Shown one piece after another: positions 12,746 through 25,098 of a DNA stretch of 64,000 nucleotides. Origin of the DNA: Phaeosaccion multiseriatum (lineage: Eukaryota; Protista; Ochrophyta, other classes); the NCBI GenBank assembly GCA_965112735.1, contig OZ218953.1, positions 2,170,001 through 2,234,000 of the forward strand, read 5' to 3'. The stretch's first letter is position 1, and each line of letters starts with the position of its first letter. The position numbers were made by a program, and so were the translations under genes. Under the pieces are notes generated by a model, which worked only from the letters and a program-made list of their open reading frames with translations, was not told the DNA's origin and searched no databases.

Positions 12746-14610
12746 CGTCGTTGTACCCTGTTGTTGTTGTTGTTGTTGTTGGTGGTGGTGGTTGTTGGTG
12801 TTGTTATTGTTGTTTTTGTTTGTTGTTGTTGCTGTTGCTGTTGTTGCTGTTGTTGTCGCCGTTGCTACCCTTTTATCTTCTGTGCGCCCACATCACTTCG
12901 TTTTTAAAAGGGAGGTTCTTGCTCTGGCCTTGCCTTGCTTGGACTGTTTCATGTTCAATTGTCCCTTCACATCACCTCCTTCCTGACTTCTCCTGGGCCT
13001 TTGCCTGTCTGGCTTGTCTTGTGTCGCAGGTACGTGGTTCTCTAAGCTGGCGAGCTTCACTTCTATGGTGAACAACGAGTTGGTAATCCCGCCTGATGGT
13101 ACGGCAAAGAGGTTTATCGTGCAACGGTTGCTGGAGGGTGGGCGTGAAGCGGGCCAAGCTAGAGCGCAGGTCCTGGGAGAGGAGGCTACTAAACAAATGG
13201 CGTTACAGAAGAAATTGAAGGACGGCGTTCAGGTGCAAGTCCTCCCCGGTCGCTATTTCAAGACCGTGGTGCGGGGCCATTCACAACCCCTTCTGGCGAT
13301 GAGCGTAAAACAACTCGACGCACTGGAGGAGGAGCTGGACGTGCAGATATGTGAGAAGCAAGCAAGGACGATGTTGGCCGGTGGAGACAAGGAAGCTAAG
13401 GCGAAGGAGGAGAATAAGAAGGAGAACAACATGACGAAAGAGGAGGAGGAGGACGGCATGGACAGCAATGATGGGAAGAAGCTGAGCGGGGAAGTGGAGG
13501 CGAAGAGGAAGAAGAAGAAGGAGGAGGAGGAGGACGAGGAGGAAGGGCGCGAGGAGAGTGAGGACGACGAAGAGGAGGAGGAGAAGCCGCTTCTCCGGAT
13601 CTCACGCGAGACAACAGAAACGGTTGGAAGTGTGAGGGTTTTTCTTGGCAAGTGGACGGCAAGCGAGACGAAGGATGCTCAGGTGACTTTACACACGGAC
13701 GTGGGGGTTCAAATTGCCAACCTGGAAGACGACATCAGAAAATGCTTCAACGAAGTAGAGCGCAAGAAGCGAATAATAAAGGAGGCGGGTAAGTGGTGGC
13801 GGTGGCTTTGTGCTGTAGCTGTTTCAAGCAAAAGGGGAAAGGAAAGGAAAGGAAAGGAGAAGGGACAAGGAGAAAAGAAACAAATGAGCGGGGGCGGGGA
13901 AGGGGAAGGGTGGTGGTGGTGATTTTAAAATGTTGCTCTCTCCTCTTACTGCTCTTCTCTTCTCTTCTCCTCTCCTCTCCCCCCGCCTTCCTACGACCCT
14001 ACCTACCTACAATGCAGCGATTCGAGATGCCTTTCCCCGAAAACTCAAGGTTTCGACTCTGGATATCACAGGCACGGTCACCGTGACGCCAGGTGGAGAG
14101 CAAACGCGACACAAAACCAAGCTGAACGAGGATGTGTGGGGTAGCCTGGCCGAGTGGAAGCGGGTGTACCTGAAGGAGATTGGCTTAGTGAGCGAGCGGG
14201 CGGGCCAGTTTAAAACCCGACAGGTGAAGGTGAAAACGTCCAAGCCCGGTGCTCACGAGGCGTCCAGCAAAGCCCTTGGTGTGATTGACTTTATGGATGA
14301 TGGCGCTCCCCCGGTCTATACCATCAATAGCTCCCTCGCCATGGACGACCAGACGGGTTTGGCTGCCATCCCTCCTGACGCGCGGTACTCTGGCACGGTA
14401 TGGGGAGGTCCCAAGCCTTCAGAGGAGAGGATCAAGCCGTGGCTGTGGCAGTATGATGAGACGGGCCTGTGGACGGAGGGAGAGTGTGACGGCAAGTGGC
14501 TGATTTTTGAGAATGAGGACATGATCGACAAAGTGTGGGAGGTGGTGCGGTACCACACCAAGATGGGTAAGACACAACACACAAAGCACACACTCACACG
14601 CACAAACACA

Positions 14611-14649
<39 letters not shown>

Positions 14650-15475
14650 ACACACACACAAACCCTCAGCCTTTCCTTCCCCCATGCCTCCCTCACCACA
14701 TGTTTACGCTGTGCCACACAACAACAACAAAGGCCCACTGTGTTGATTGATCGTCGCCTGAGCTCCGAGACGGCTCGCTTTCAACCCCCCTCAAACCCCT
14801 CCTACCCAACCCCTTTCTACCCCCCTCAAACCCCTCCTACCCAACCCCTCAACCCATTGCCTCATGTCGTGTGCAGGCAACTTCCACGCGTTGTCCAAGG
14901 TGAGCACAGCGGGCAACACGTATAAGCCCCCGCCCGGCAGGCAGAGGAAAGGGGGAGGCTCACCGGGCAAGGTGATTTGTGTCTACACCCCCGAGGAGGA
15001 GAAACAGAGAGACCGCGTCCGGCAGTATCTCAGACAGGTCGGCGTGAAGAAGCTCCTAAGTTGGAAGGTAAGAAGAGGGAGAAGGCAAGTGTGTGCTGTT
15101 CATTTACCATTGCCCCGAACCCAACCGTTTATTAATTAAAGCCTTGGAATGCTACGGGAGGGAGCTCAAACGTCCCTGATCAATGAGGGCTTAGAGGGCT
15201 TTGCCTGCTTGTCGTGTCACGTGGGCTTAGGCGCCGCCCAAGAGTAGTCAGCTGTGCTGTTCTCATGCGGTACTTACTGCCCAAGAGTAGTCAGCTGTGC
15301 TGTTCTGTTCTCATGCGGTCCTTACGTACTTACTTGCGATGTGTGTTGTACGCGCGTTGACACACTTTCTACATGCGTATGTGTGTGTGTGTGTGTGTGT
15401 GTGCCCTTTCCTCAGTCCGACGACAACACGGCCGCAGGAGTGTACGGAGCGGGGGCGGCCTCCTATCATGGATAG
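6664..15475 (+). CDS. Large (~2000 aa) acidic multidomain protein: P-loop kinase (AAA_33/PNKP-like) + F-box-like motif + C-terminal Bles03/C11orf68 (DUF1917) domain
   Basis: About 11 exons join in consistent phase (checked by hand). Walker A MIVLMGAPSSGKTALCK (~9425-9475) is followed by VVIDRINPNAATR...EECLRRQKER. F-box-like TIPEVFLIPLFRFCRVPDLARLSLACYALKELAKEVYW (11089-11330). Bles03 motif GKWLIFE..MIDKVWEVVR...SKVSTA...GKVICVYT...RVRQYLRQVGVKKLLSWKSDDNTAAGVY (14490-15475). Confidence 0.7.
11752..12865. repeat. ~1.1-kb imperfect (GTT)n trinucleotide tract inside an intron
   Basis: Continuous gtt repeats with ggt/gct/gtc interruptions, between the donor at ~11694 (G|GTAAGT) and the acceptor at ~13029. 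Confidence 0.95.
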
Positions 15476-15704
15476 GTTATCATGGATAGGAGTGTATAGC
15501 AAGCAATGTACAATATGGAGTGGACAGTAGTGAGACCAAGAATCTAAGGGTAGAGGACAAGAAAGAAAGAGAAAGACGCAGCTGGGGTGACCCCCTACAG
15601 CAGCAGTCATCCTTGTTTTGGTTTTTAAAAATTGAAACGAAGAAGCATTCTTGGAGACCGCTGCTGAGGGGGGCAATCATATCTGTCGTCTTTCTGCCTC
15701 TCCC

Positions 15705-17363
15705 TCAAGAGCCCGTCAAGATCGAGGTCGAGGGCCGCATGGGGAGGAGGAGCTTCCTTACGCAGATGGGCCTCGGCTCGTGTCGGTTCTCCCCCACATC
15801 CACCTCCAACTCTGAAGCCGAGAGTGTCACCGTCCCCGCTGTGGCGGTTGAGGCAGTCATCCTCCTCATTGCCCTCCTTCTTCCCCTCCTGTTGCTTCCC
15901 TTGCTGCAAGTCTGCCGCTCCCCCTCCTCCTCCCCCTGCTGGTCTGAGTGTTGGTCTTGTTGCTGCTGCTGCTCCTGTATCACCAACTGCTGCTGCTGGG
16001 AGGGGGCAACGAGCAAGCCCCTCCGCTGCGCTTTGGAGAGGAAAGAGTCCAAGGCAGACCGCAGCTCATTGGCCAGCAGCACCAGAGCCCCTTCTCTACA
16101 CACACTCGTCAGCGTGTCGAGCAGCGGCTCCACCGAAGCTTGCGAGTAGAGTAAATCTGCACACACCACCAGGCTGAAGCGCCCATCGTCCTCGTCCTCT
16201 TCATTGCCCTCCTCCCGCCATTCGTCAAACTCACCGCTACTCCTCCTCCTCCTCCTCCTGCTGCTGCTACTACTACTGCTACTACTCGCGAGTAGCTCCA
16301 TCTGCTCTGGGGATACAGTCCCCCATTCCAGCGGCAACACTGTCACCTGCCCTACTGCTCCTCCTCCTCCTCCTCCCCCCCCCCCTCCTCCTCCTCCTCC
16401 TTCTGCCGCTACTGCAGATGATGAGGATGAGAAAGGTACCGATCCTTCACCGCTCTTCCCTTGGCCTGCTGCTGTATCCCCAAGCACTGCATCTCCGCTC
16501 GAGCTCGATGTGGGCCCCTGTGTCTTTCCTCCTCTCTCCCTCTGCCGCTGCTGCTGCATCACCAACTGCTCCAGCTGCTGCTGCTGCTGCTGCTGTCTGA
16601 CCTGCGTCAGACAAGCAGTCACGTTCCGCTGCAGGAGAGGCACCACGCTAGGCTTGTCCGTCGTCACGACGTCCCATCCAAGCAGTGCCATGACAATGGA
16701 CACCAGACCCACTCCTGTCGACCCCCAAAGAGACGAGAGGCGTTGGGAGAGGGAGGAGGAGGAAGAGGGATGGAAGGAGGAGGAGGAGGAGGAGGAGGAG
16801 GAGGAGGAGGAGGAGGAGAAGGAGGAGGAGGAGGAGAGAGAGGAGAAGGGATCAGGAGGAGAACACGCACACACAGGCACACCCACGCACACCCACACGC
16901 ACACACACACACACACACACACACCCATCCACACACACACACACACACACCTGCACCTAGCTCCAGAACTCTTGGTCTGATGGGCAAGCCCAGCTCGTGA
17001 GCCCTCGTCACCAGATACCTCGCCACAATGACTCCGGTGGGCCAGAGGTACAGGCCTATGCCTCCCCTCTCGCACAACTGGGGGGAGAGGAGGAGAGGAG
17101 GAGAGGAGATGAGCCCGACTGAGTTAAAACACATCGACAACTGTATGTCTCTCCCCATCCACTGCCATCCCATCCCGTCCCATCTCGGCGTCAGTCCTGA
17201 CACGTACCTGCGCCAGTCTGAGGGTGACGATGGGCTGCAGCTGGGTGGTCTCCTCTTGCCCTCTTCTTCCTCTTTGCGGTAGACGTAGCTTCACCTCCGC
17301 CTCCTCGAATAGCGAGGGCGCCTCTCCGTCTGCGTCTGCTTCCTCTCCCCCCCCCTTCTCCTC

Positions 17364-17400
<37 letters not shown>

Positions 17401-18705
17401 GTACAGTGTACCGCCTGTGCCGGCCTCGCTTCCTTCACGGAGAGCCGTAGGAAGGGCTTCCGATGCCCAACCCGGTCCCCCTGCTCCCGCCCCCCCCCCT
17501 CCTCCTGCTGCTGCTCCTGCCCCCCCCCCTCCTCCTCCTCCTCCTGCTCCTCCTGGCGCTCGTGCTCCCTCCACCCTCCCTGCTGTCCCTGCCCCTTCCT
17601 TCTTCGTACTTCCCAAATCTGCACGTCGCCAGCCGAGTACACGGGGTGATGCTCGGTGCTCGGAATGACCCTCCTCTCCAAGCCCCGCTCCGACAAGAGC
17701 TCTTCAAACCGAGCCCTCGGGTCAAAGCCGGGGAAGTAGCGGTGCTCGTACGATAAGAGGACGGTGGTTTGTGGTCCCGTTAGCTTGTCAATCGCCGCCA
17801 CCAGCGGTTCCAGAGGGTATAGTTTGGGCAGCACGCAATCGGAGATGAGGATCAAGTCCACAGGTGGGTTCAATTGGGTATCTTGACCTCCCCAATCGTA
17901 GCAGCAGACGTGCAGCGATTCCGGTGCGATCCCGCACTCGGTCTGGCAGCGTTGGGCATTCTCTTGCAGGAGGAAGAGAAGCTGCTGCTGGTCGGTGAGG
18001 TACACCCTCGCGGCTCCCAGCACTCCGGCCGCGAGTCCTGTTACCCCCGTACCTAAGAAAGGATAAACGCAAGTCGGGGTTAAAGCTATCAGGGAGGGGG
18101 GGGCGGGCGGAGTAAGGGGAGTGGAGTGCTGTTTAATTAAGGATACGAAAGTCCTCGGCTATGAAATGCTTCGATTAATAACAGACACCTCAGGCTCTTT
18201 GGCAAATCGACGCCCATGCGACATCAGCATGCTTCTGGCTAAGAAACTGGACTCTGTGGACCGATACCCTCCCTCCTGTTTACGTCCCTTACCCACCTGC
18301 GCCAAGGTCGACCACCGACTTTCCTTGCAGCTCCCCATTGCCGAACCTTCGCTCGAGGTACTTGCACAGAATCACGGCCCCGGCCCACACCACTGCGCCC
18401 GTGCCCAGCGCCCTCTCCTCCCCGTTGGGCTCTTGCCGCAGTCGCAACGTACAACCACCTATCTGGAGCTCGAACAACCTGGCTTGGCTCTGGCTTTGAC
18501 GCCACCCCAGGCTCGACGCCATTGATCGTACCATCGGGCCCCTCCTCCTGCCCCTGCTGCTGCAGACACCCTCTCCATCCTGATCGGCTGCTGCTACTCT
18601 AAGAGCCTCTGCCGCCCCTTGCCGTAGCAGTAGGGCCAAAGGTGAGGGCGGAGGGAGTGGAGGGGGTTGGAACACAGATCCCTCGCAGCCATCGTTGGTT
18701 CCCAT
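15705..18705 (-). CDS. SAM-dependent lysine methyltransferase with two tandem METTL21/EEF1AKMT-type (Methyltransf_16) domains
   Basis: Domain 1: GTGAVVWAGAVILCKYL...KSVVDLGAGTG...VYLTDQ...YDWG...DLILISDCV...LLSYEHR. Domain 2: GIGLYLWPTGVIVARYL...RVLELGAGVGLVSI...VTTDK...LEWG...LVVCADLLY...VLLANELR. Four exons. The start codon is uncertain (18705, or downstream near 18520-18535). Confidence 0.8.
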
Positions 18706-18868
18706 GTTCCTTCCCCCCGTAAAGTTTATCCCCCCACGGCGGATGCCTCTTTTTACTTTTAGCCTTCCCCCTGAAATCCCAATCAAATCCCCCTCCTCTC
18801 TCACCCCTGTCCTCTGATATGATAAAGCTTGTAAAGACAGAGGGATCGAAATAAAATTAGCAGGAGGC

Positions 18869-21800
18869 ATGCTGCTCAATGCAGGTGTGCGGGGCAGCAA
18901 GCTCCTTCCCGCGCGGCGAGTGCTTCAACACAATCTGAGCCGGATGTTGCTAGCACCAGGGATTTGGAGCCACAGAGGCCCTCAAGTAGTGCGTGGAGCA
19001 GTCGGAGGCAGCGGAAGGCGTAGACCCCTCTCTACTGCCCCGATTGCTATCGACGGTCCGCTACTGCAAGACCTGAGACTTGCCGCTGTATCCAAAGCGT
19101 GGGAAACCATGCCTCAGACCACCGAGGACAGATTTGCAGAGGTAAGGAAAGCAGAGAAGGCATGAGCGGGAAAATGTGTAGAGAAAGGGAGCTAGTTATA
19201 CTCGCATTGAGAAACTGAGTGGCCTCCATTTCCCTTTGGTTCCCCTCCTCTTCGCCTGCTTCCCGCAGCTGAGCGCAGAAGAAGTCAACGAGATTGTTTA
19301 CCTCCTCGCCCGAGACGCACTACAGAGGGATCAGAAGTGCGACGGTGACAAGGTGCGGTACGGGAAAGGAAAGGAAAGGAAAGCAAAATCAGAGGCCACT
19401 CCCCTGCTAACAGTTGATGCTCCTTGTGCTGTTGCTTGGCGCACTGTTGCTCTGGTGCAACCCATAGCTCCTTCTTCTGCTGGATAAGCTCCGAGAGAAA
19501 GGCTTCTCCCTGGGCACGGCAACCTACAACTCCGTCATGCGGGTGAGAGAAGGAAATGAGTACCTGATGTGGCAAAGAATGAGAAGAGGACACAAATACA
19601 CCGACGCCCCTCTCTCGTCACGCCCCTCTTGCTGCTGCTCCATTCACCCCCCCTCCCCCGCTGCTCGTCTCGCTTCCCCTCTTCCCGTCTTGTGCGTGTG
19701 TGCGTGCGTGCGTGCGCACGTGTGTATGTGCGTGCGTGCTGCTTCTCATGGTGATTGTTGTCAGGCTCTGTCCGCGAAGAAGCTGTGGAGCAACGCCGTC
19801 ACCGTCCTAGAGGCCATGTATGCCGACGAAGGTGCGAAGGGAGGGTATATGGAGTGTATATGGGGGGTATAGAAGAGATGTGTAGGGGGTATATGGGATT
19901 CATGTGGGGGGGTATAGAAGGGGTGCGTAGGGGGTATTTAGAGGGTATAGAAGGGCATACGTACACAGGCACACACACACCAAATACGTCGCTGTACTCC
20001 TTCGTCAGGGGACTCCTTCGTCTGAGCAGCGTCATGGAAGGAGGTTTTCTATAACGCCTTCTCTATCCATGGAGCTCGCGCACAGCTATGCCACTGCTAT
20101 GTGATCACAACCCGAACCAACCAACCAACCAACCAACCGCCCTCCTCCGTCCCTCCCCCCATCTCCCCTCCCTTTCCTACAGACGCGGAGCCTGATGCGC
20201 GCACCTTCACGTACCTGTTCCTCACTCTCTCGTACTCAGTGCAGCAGCAGAAGGAGGCCACGAAGGCGTGGCAGGAGATGAAGGTGGAGGTGAGTTTGCG
20301 TGTGTGTGTGCGCGTGCGTGCGTGTGTGTGTGCGTGCGTGCGTGCGTGTGCGTGCGTGTGTGGGCGTGTGTGTGCAAATGTGTGTGTGTCGAGGGGCCTG
20401 CTTGCTGTGTATCTGCTAGGTGTTGCTGTACCAAGGCGACTCGCACTTGGAAGACAGAGAGCTTGCGCTTCTCTTCCCCTTGTTGTACACCCGCACGCAC
20501 ACACGCACACACACATACACATACGCACGCAAACACGCACCTCTTCCCCCCTCTCGCGGCATGTCCACACACATACACACACACGCACGCACACACGCAC
20601 ACGCAGGGAATCGTTCCGGACGAGGCATGCTACGGAGCGATTCTCTACGTGGTGACGGCGGAAATGTGAGTGGAGCACCAACGGGTGGGCCGAGACAGAA
20701 GGAGAGAAAGAGAGAAAGGGAGGGAGAGAGAGGGAGAGGGGGGGGGGAGAGATCGACAGAGTGGGAGAGATCGAGAGAGAGGGAGAGGGAGACAAGAGAG
20801 GAGACGTGTTTGTGGGGGGTGACGATGGGCACCCTCTCAGGAAGACTTGAAACTCAAATTCTCCTCCTCTACAGCTTTATCGTTGGCTCGCACAGCCGCT
20901 GATTCACCCACCCACCCACTCGTTCCTTTTCTCCTTTGTGGTTAGTTTGTCTTAGTCGGATTAGTTTGTCTTAGTCGGACCCTTCGGCCCGCTAGTCCCC
21001 TGCCGTTTCCCTAGTCACCTGACCTCACCCTGCCGTTACCCTAGTCACCTGACCTCACCCTGGCTGGACTCTTCGTGTCCTCTTCCTCCCTCTCTCTCCC
21101 TCTCTCTCCCCCTGTCTGTCTGTCTGTCTGTCTGTCTGTCTTGTCTGTGTCTTGTCCCTCTCTCCCTCCCCCCCCCCCTCTTCTCCAGGCACCGTCACTT
21201 TCGCGCACAAGTCCTCGACGAGATGGAGGCGTTGGGTATAAGCGAGATTGATGCCAGAAATGCCCTGAGAGCACTACAGAAGCCGAGCCAAGCCTTGCCC
21301 CCTCTTCCTGCCCTTCGGGCCCCTGTGCAGCCCCTGGCGCTACCGCTGGGGAAGAAGATTGGAGGCACCGAACAGCAGAGACAGCAGGAGCGGGAACAGC
21401 TCAAATCAGAGGATTTGCGCAGCTTGGGCTCTTCTGTAAAGGGGGTTGGGGTGAAGGGCAAGAGACCAGCAGCAGTAGCAACAGTAGCACGAAGGGTAGC
21501 AGCAGCAGACGCAGCAGCACGAAGAGCAACAGGAAGAGCAGTGCCCTTTGCCCCCGGTGTGGATGTCGCGACAGCAGCTGCTGCCAAGAACGGTGGAAGA
21601 CGCAGTCAGAGTCCGACGGCGGCGACACGGCAAGTGCGAGAAGAGCAAAAAGAGGAGGAAGAGGAAGAGGAGGTGGACAATGAAGACCTTGCGCTTGCCT
21701 TGGGCATGAGGGAGGAGAGCGAGGTGGGCGGGGCTCTGTGGCAAAGGGCCAGCGCCGGCGAGAGAGGAGAGCGAAAAGAGCGTGGTGGGGAGGTACTATG

Positions 21801-22875
21801 GTCCCCCCGTGTGATTGACATGAAGCGCCAGGGTAAGTAAACCTATTTATTATCCTGTGGGGCACTTCTTGTTCCCCTCCCCCTCTCCCCTCCCTTTCCT
21901 CTCTCTCTCTCTCTCCATCTCTATCTCTGTCTCTCTCTGCCATCTGCCCCCCTTCTCTCTCCCTGTCCCTCTCGCTCTGACCTGTCTTCCTCTCCCTTCT
22001 CCCCCCCCCCCCACCGTCTCTCTCTCTCTCTCTCTTCCCCCAGTGGACCGAGGTGACTTCGACCTCGCACTTGAGTCTTTCGTGCAGCAGGTACATCATC
22101 ATCACGAGCAAGAGGAGCAAGAGGAGCAAGATGGGGGTGGGGTGGCGCTTGAGTCCGCACTGTTCCATCAGGTGGGAGGGAGAGAGAGAGGGGGGGGGAG
22201 AGAGAGAGGAGGAGAGGGAGGGAGAGGGAGGGAGGGAGAGAGAGAGGGAGAAGGAGAGGGAAGGGGTGATAGAGGCAGGGAGAGGCAAGAGAGGCAAGAG
22301 AGGCAGAGAGAAAGGAAAAAGAGCATATTCTTGCGTAGGATCAACAAAAGAGAGATGGCAGTGGACCTCTCTCTCTGACCTCCGAACTCTGACGTGGCAT
22401 GACGGACAACTAGGGGCAAGGGGGGGGGTCCTTTTCTGTCTACTCTCATCTGATCGCTGTTTATCATCCATTGCCATCCGTTGCCATCCATTGTCATCCT
22501 CCCCTCCAGGCGTTGCGAGCCTGCAAGGAAGGCAACCGCCCCGCGCATTGCTTGGCTGTGCTCAACCTGATGGACGACCAATGGTGAGACCAGCGGGCCG
22601 ATATATCGATCATGTCGATATCACTTATCGATACGCTTATGTTTCGATATTCATTGAGGTCAATAAGCTCAAACCTCCTCATCCTTTCCTCATTCCTTCT
22701 CCTGCTCCTCCTCCTCCTCAGTGTCCCAATTACCGCGGAAGAGCAGCTTGATGCTATTGAGCTACTTTCACTCAGCGACAGCGCCACAGCTCTGTCACTT
22801 CTCGAAGAGGTGAGCGTGTGCGGCGATTGGGCAGACAGGAAGATAGAGATGGAGGGGGAGAGAGACAGGGAGAGA

Positions 22876-22909
<34 letters not shown>

Positions 22910-23016
22910 AGGAGAGGGACAGAGAGTGGGCGGGCTAAGGGAGGCTGAGAGAAAGGGAGATAGGAGATAGGGAGTTTTCTTTCTCTCTTGTTGCTTGCTT
23001 GCTTGCTTGCTTTCTC

Positions 23017-23062
<46 letters not shown>

Positions 23063-24540
23063 TTTTTTTCTTCGTTCTTTCTGTCTTTTTCCTCTGCTGC
23101 TGCTCTTGCGAGCGATATCCGATGGACCTCCCTCCGGGCCCTCTGGCGTGATTTTCCTTCCTTCCTTCCTTCCTTCGTTCATTTGCCCTCCGTCAGCCTC
23201 ACTCTCCGTCATCTGTCATGATGTTACCTCAGCGAGCCTGTGGACCTTGCTCGCCCCGTCTGCCTCTCTCCTCCCTCCTTGTGCCTCTAACCTACCTCCA
23301 TCTCTCCCTTCCTCCCTCCCTCCCTCCATCCATCCCTCCATCCCTCCCCACATGCCTCTAATCTGCCGCTCGCGAGTAGTTTCACACCAACCTCGTTGGG
23401 CCGATGCTTGCTCGAGGCGTCCAAAGTGTGAAGGAAGGGCTGACGAGAGATGGCAAGGAGGCTTGGGATTTGGAGAGGGCATACATGAGACGGGCACGCA
23501 GCCCCGGGAGTCAAGATACTGCCAGGGAGGAGAAGGAGAATGAGGAGGAGGAGGAGGAGAAGAAGAAGAGGAAGCAGAAGAAGATGAAGATGGAGGAGGA
23601 GGAGGAGGAGGAAGAAGACGAGGAGGAGGAGGAGCAGGAGGAAGAGGAGGAGAAGGAGGAGGAGGAGGAGGAGGAGAAGCTGAAGGAGGTAAGCATGAAG
23701 GGATGGGACGTGCTTCACTTTTCACCTTTTTGAGCGTTTCCCCTCTTTTTATTAAAGCAGCCCACGCAGCTGCTGCCGCCCACGCCTTGCCGAATACTTG
23801 TCGTTCCCCAGTCTCATGTCTCCTTCACCCTCTCCTTGTTCTCTCTGTGTGCCGCCACCCGCACCTTCCCCTGCCTCGCACAGGAGGGATCGGAGCCTGA
23901 GCTTATATCCTTTGCATCATCATCACCATCATCATCACTATCATCATCATCACCATCATCATCAACATCATCACTATCATCATCATCATCATCATCACCA
24001 TTATCAACAACGTCATCACTATCATCATCACCATCATCAACATCATCACTATCATCATCATCATCATCATCATCATCATTATCCGACAACGTGCCCAAGC
24101 TGCCAGACAGTGTGCTCAAAGAGTTCACTGAGGGCACTCACATGGACGAAAAAGTCCTTCACCTTCTACAACTACTTTCCGACCAGGGCGGCAGTGCGGA
24201 GGGGCTGAAAGGTCGGTGGTCTGAAGAAGAGCTGAATATATATGACAAGGGCATTAGTGCTTCGGTGTGTGACGATTACAACAGGCGCAGCACACTTGGC
24301 GCGAAGATGTGTTTCCTGCTGCAGAGGATTGAGCGGTTGGGAAAAATAGTGGAGAGACGGGAGCGGGTCTACAGGAGTCTGAGTGGAAAGGTGGCGGCTT
24401 TGAACGACGCGCTGAAAGGTAACCGAGAAGCGCGACTCATACTCAAACGGGACATAGGAGACTTGAAGCACGAGCTGAAAGAGATTAAGGATAGGGAGCG
24501 GTCAAGAATACAGCCGCGAGACGGCGGAAAGAGTGAGTGA
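18869..24540 (+). CDS. Pentatricopeptide-repeat (PPR) protein, probably mitochondrial; ~12 exons
   Basis: Arg-rich N-terminus lacking acidic residues (MLLNAGVRGSKLLPARRVLQHNLSRM). PPR-like helix pairs: LDKLREKGFSLGTATYNSVMRALSAKKLWSNAVTVLEAM, AEPDARTFTYLF, KAWQEMKVEGIVPDEACYGAIL. Exons splice in phase. Confidence 0.65.
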
Positions 24541-25098
24541 GTGAGTGAGGGAGGGAGGGAGGGAGGGAGGGAGGTAGGGAAGGAGGGAGGGGAGGGAAGA
24601 GGGAGGGAGGGGGGGAGGGAAGGAGGGAGGGAGGGAGGAAGATAGAGCAGGAGGGGGTAAGAAAGACAAGAGAGAAGAGAGACATAGACGGAGACAAAGA
24701 GAGCGATGGGAGGAGAGAGGGCGAGAGGAAGAGAGAGCAGGGGGGGCGGGGGGAGGAGATGAATTGGCAGACAGACGATCGGATCGGATAGGCTTCTTTT
24801 TTTCTCTCCCCCCTAGCGGCGCACGGCGCGCTGGTATGAGGATAGCGTCTGTGAAACTTTGGCTCCTCTCTAAACACCTCACTTCTCAGTGTACAATTTG
24901 TACGGGGGGGGGGGGCTTTCCCCGGAGTAGTGAGCCCCTCGCGAATGAAAGAGGATTAATTAAAATTATAATTTTTTTTTTGGGGCGCTATGACTAAAGC
25001 CTCGGATAACAAGTGCACACGTCATCACACATCTGTGACTCATTCATCCACTAGCCTCGGATTACAACATGCACACAAAATCAACAACACACCATCTA

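Noticed and set aside
11556-13071. Long poly-Cys/poly-Val/poly-Leu ORFs
   Set aside because: They are translations of the intronic (GTT)n tract. The flanking exons splice across it in phase.
15237-15320. Short tandem duplication (cccaagagtagtcagctgtgctgttct...catgcggt x2)
   Set aside because: Ordinary intronic slippage duplication with no TIR or TSD.
20942-21062. Two adjacent short duplications (19 bp and ~30 bp) in a PPR intron
   Set aside because: Local tandem duplications with no sign of function or mobility.
21826-21838. Another CAG-G-GTAAGT motif like the 1-nt exons
   Set aside because: Here it is the normal end of a long coding exon of the PPR gene (CGC CAG G|gtaagt) and is in phase with the next exon.
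23798-24208. Poly-His ORF suggesting a metal-binding protein
   Set aside because: It is an alternative frame of a (TCA)n tract. The frame continuous with the PPR gene reads poly-Ser.
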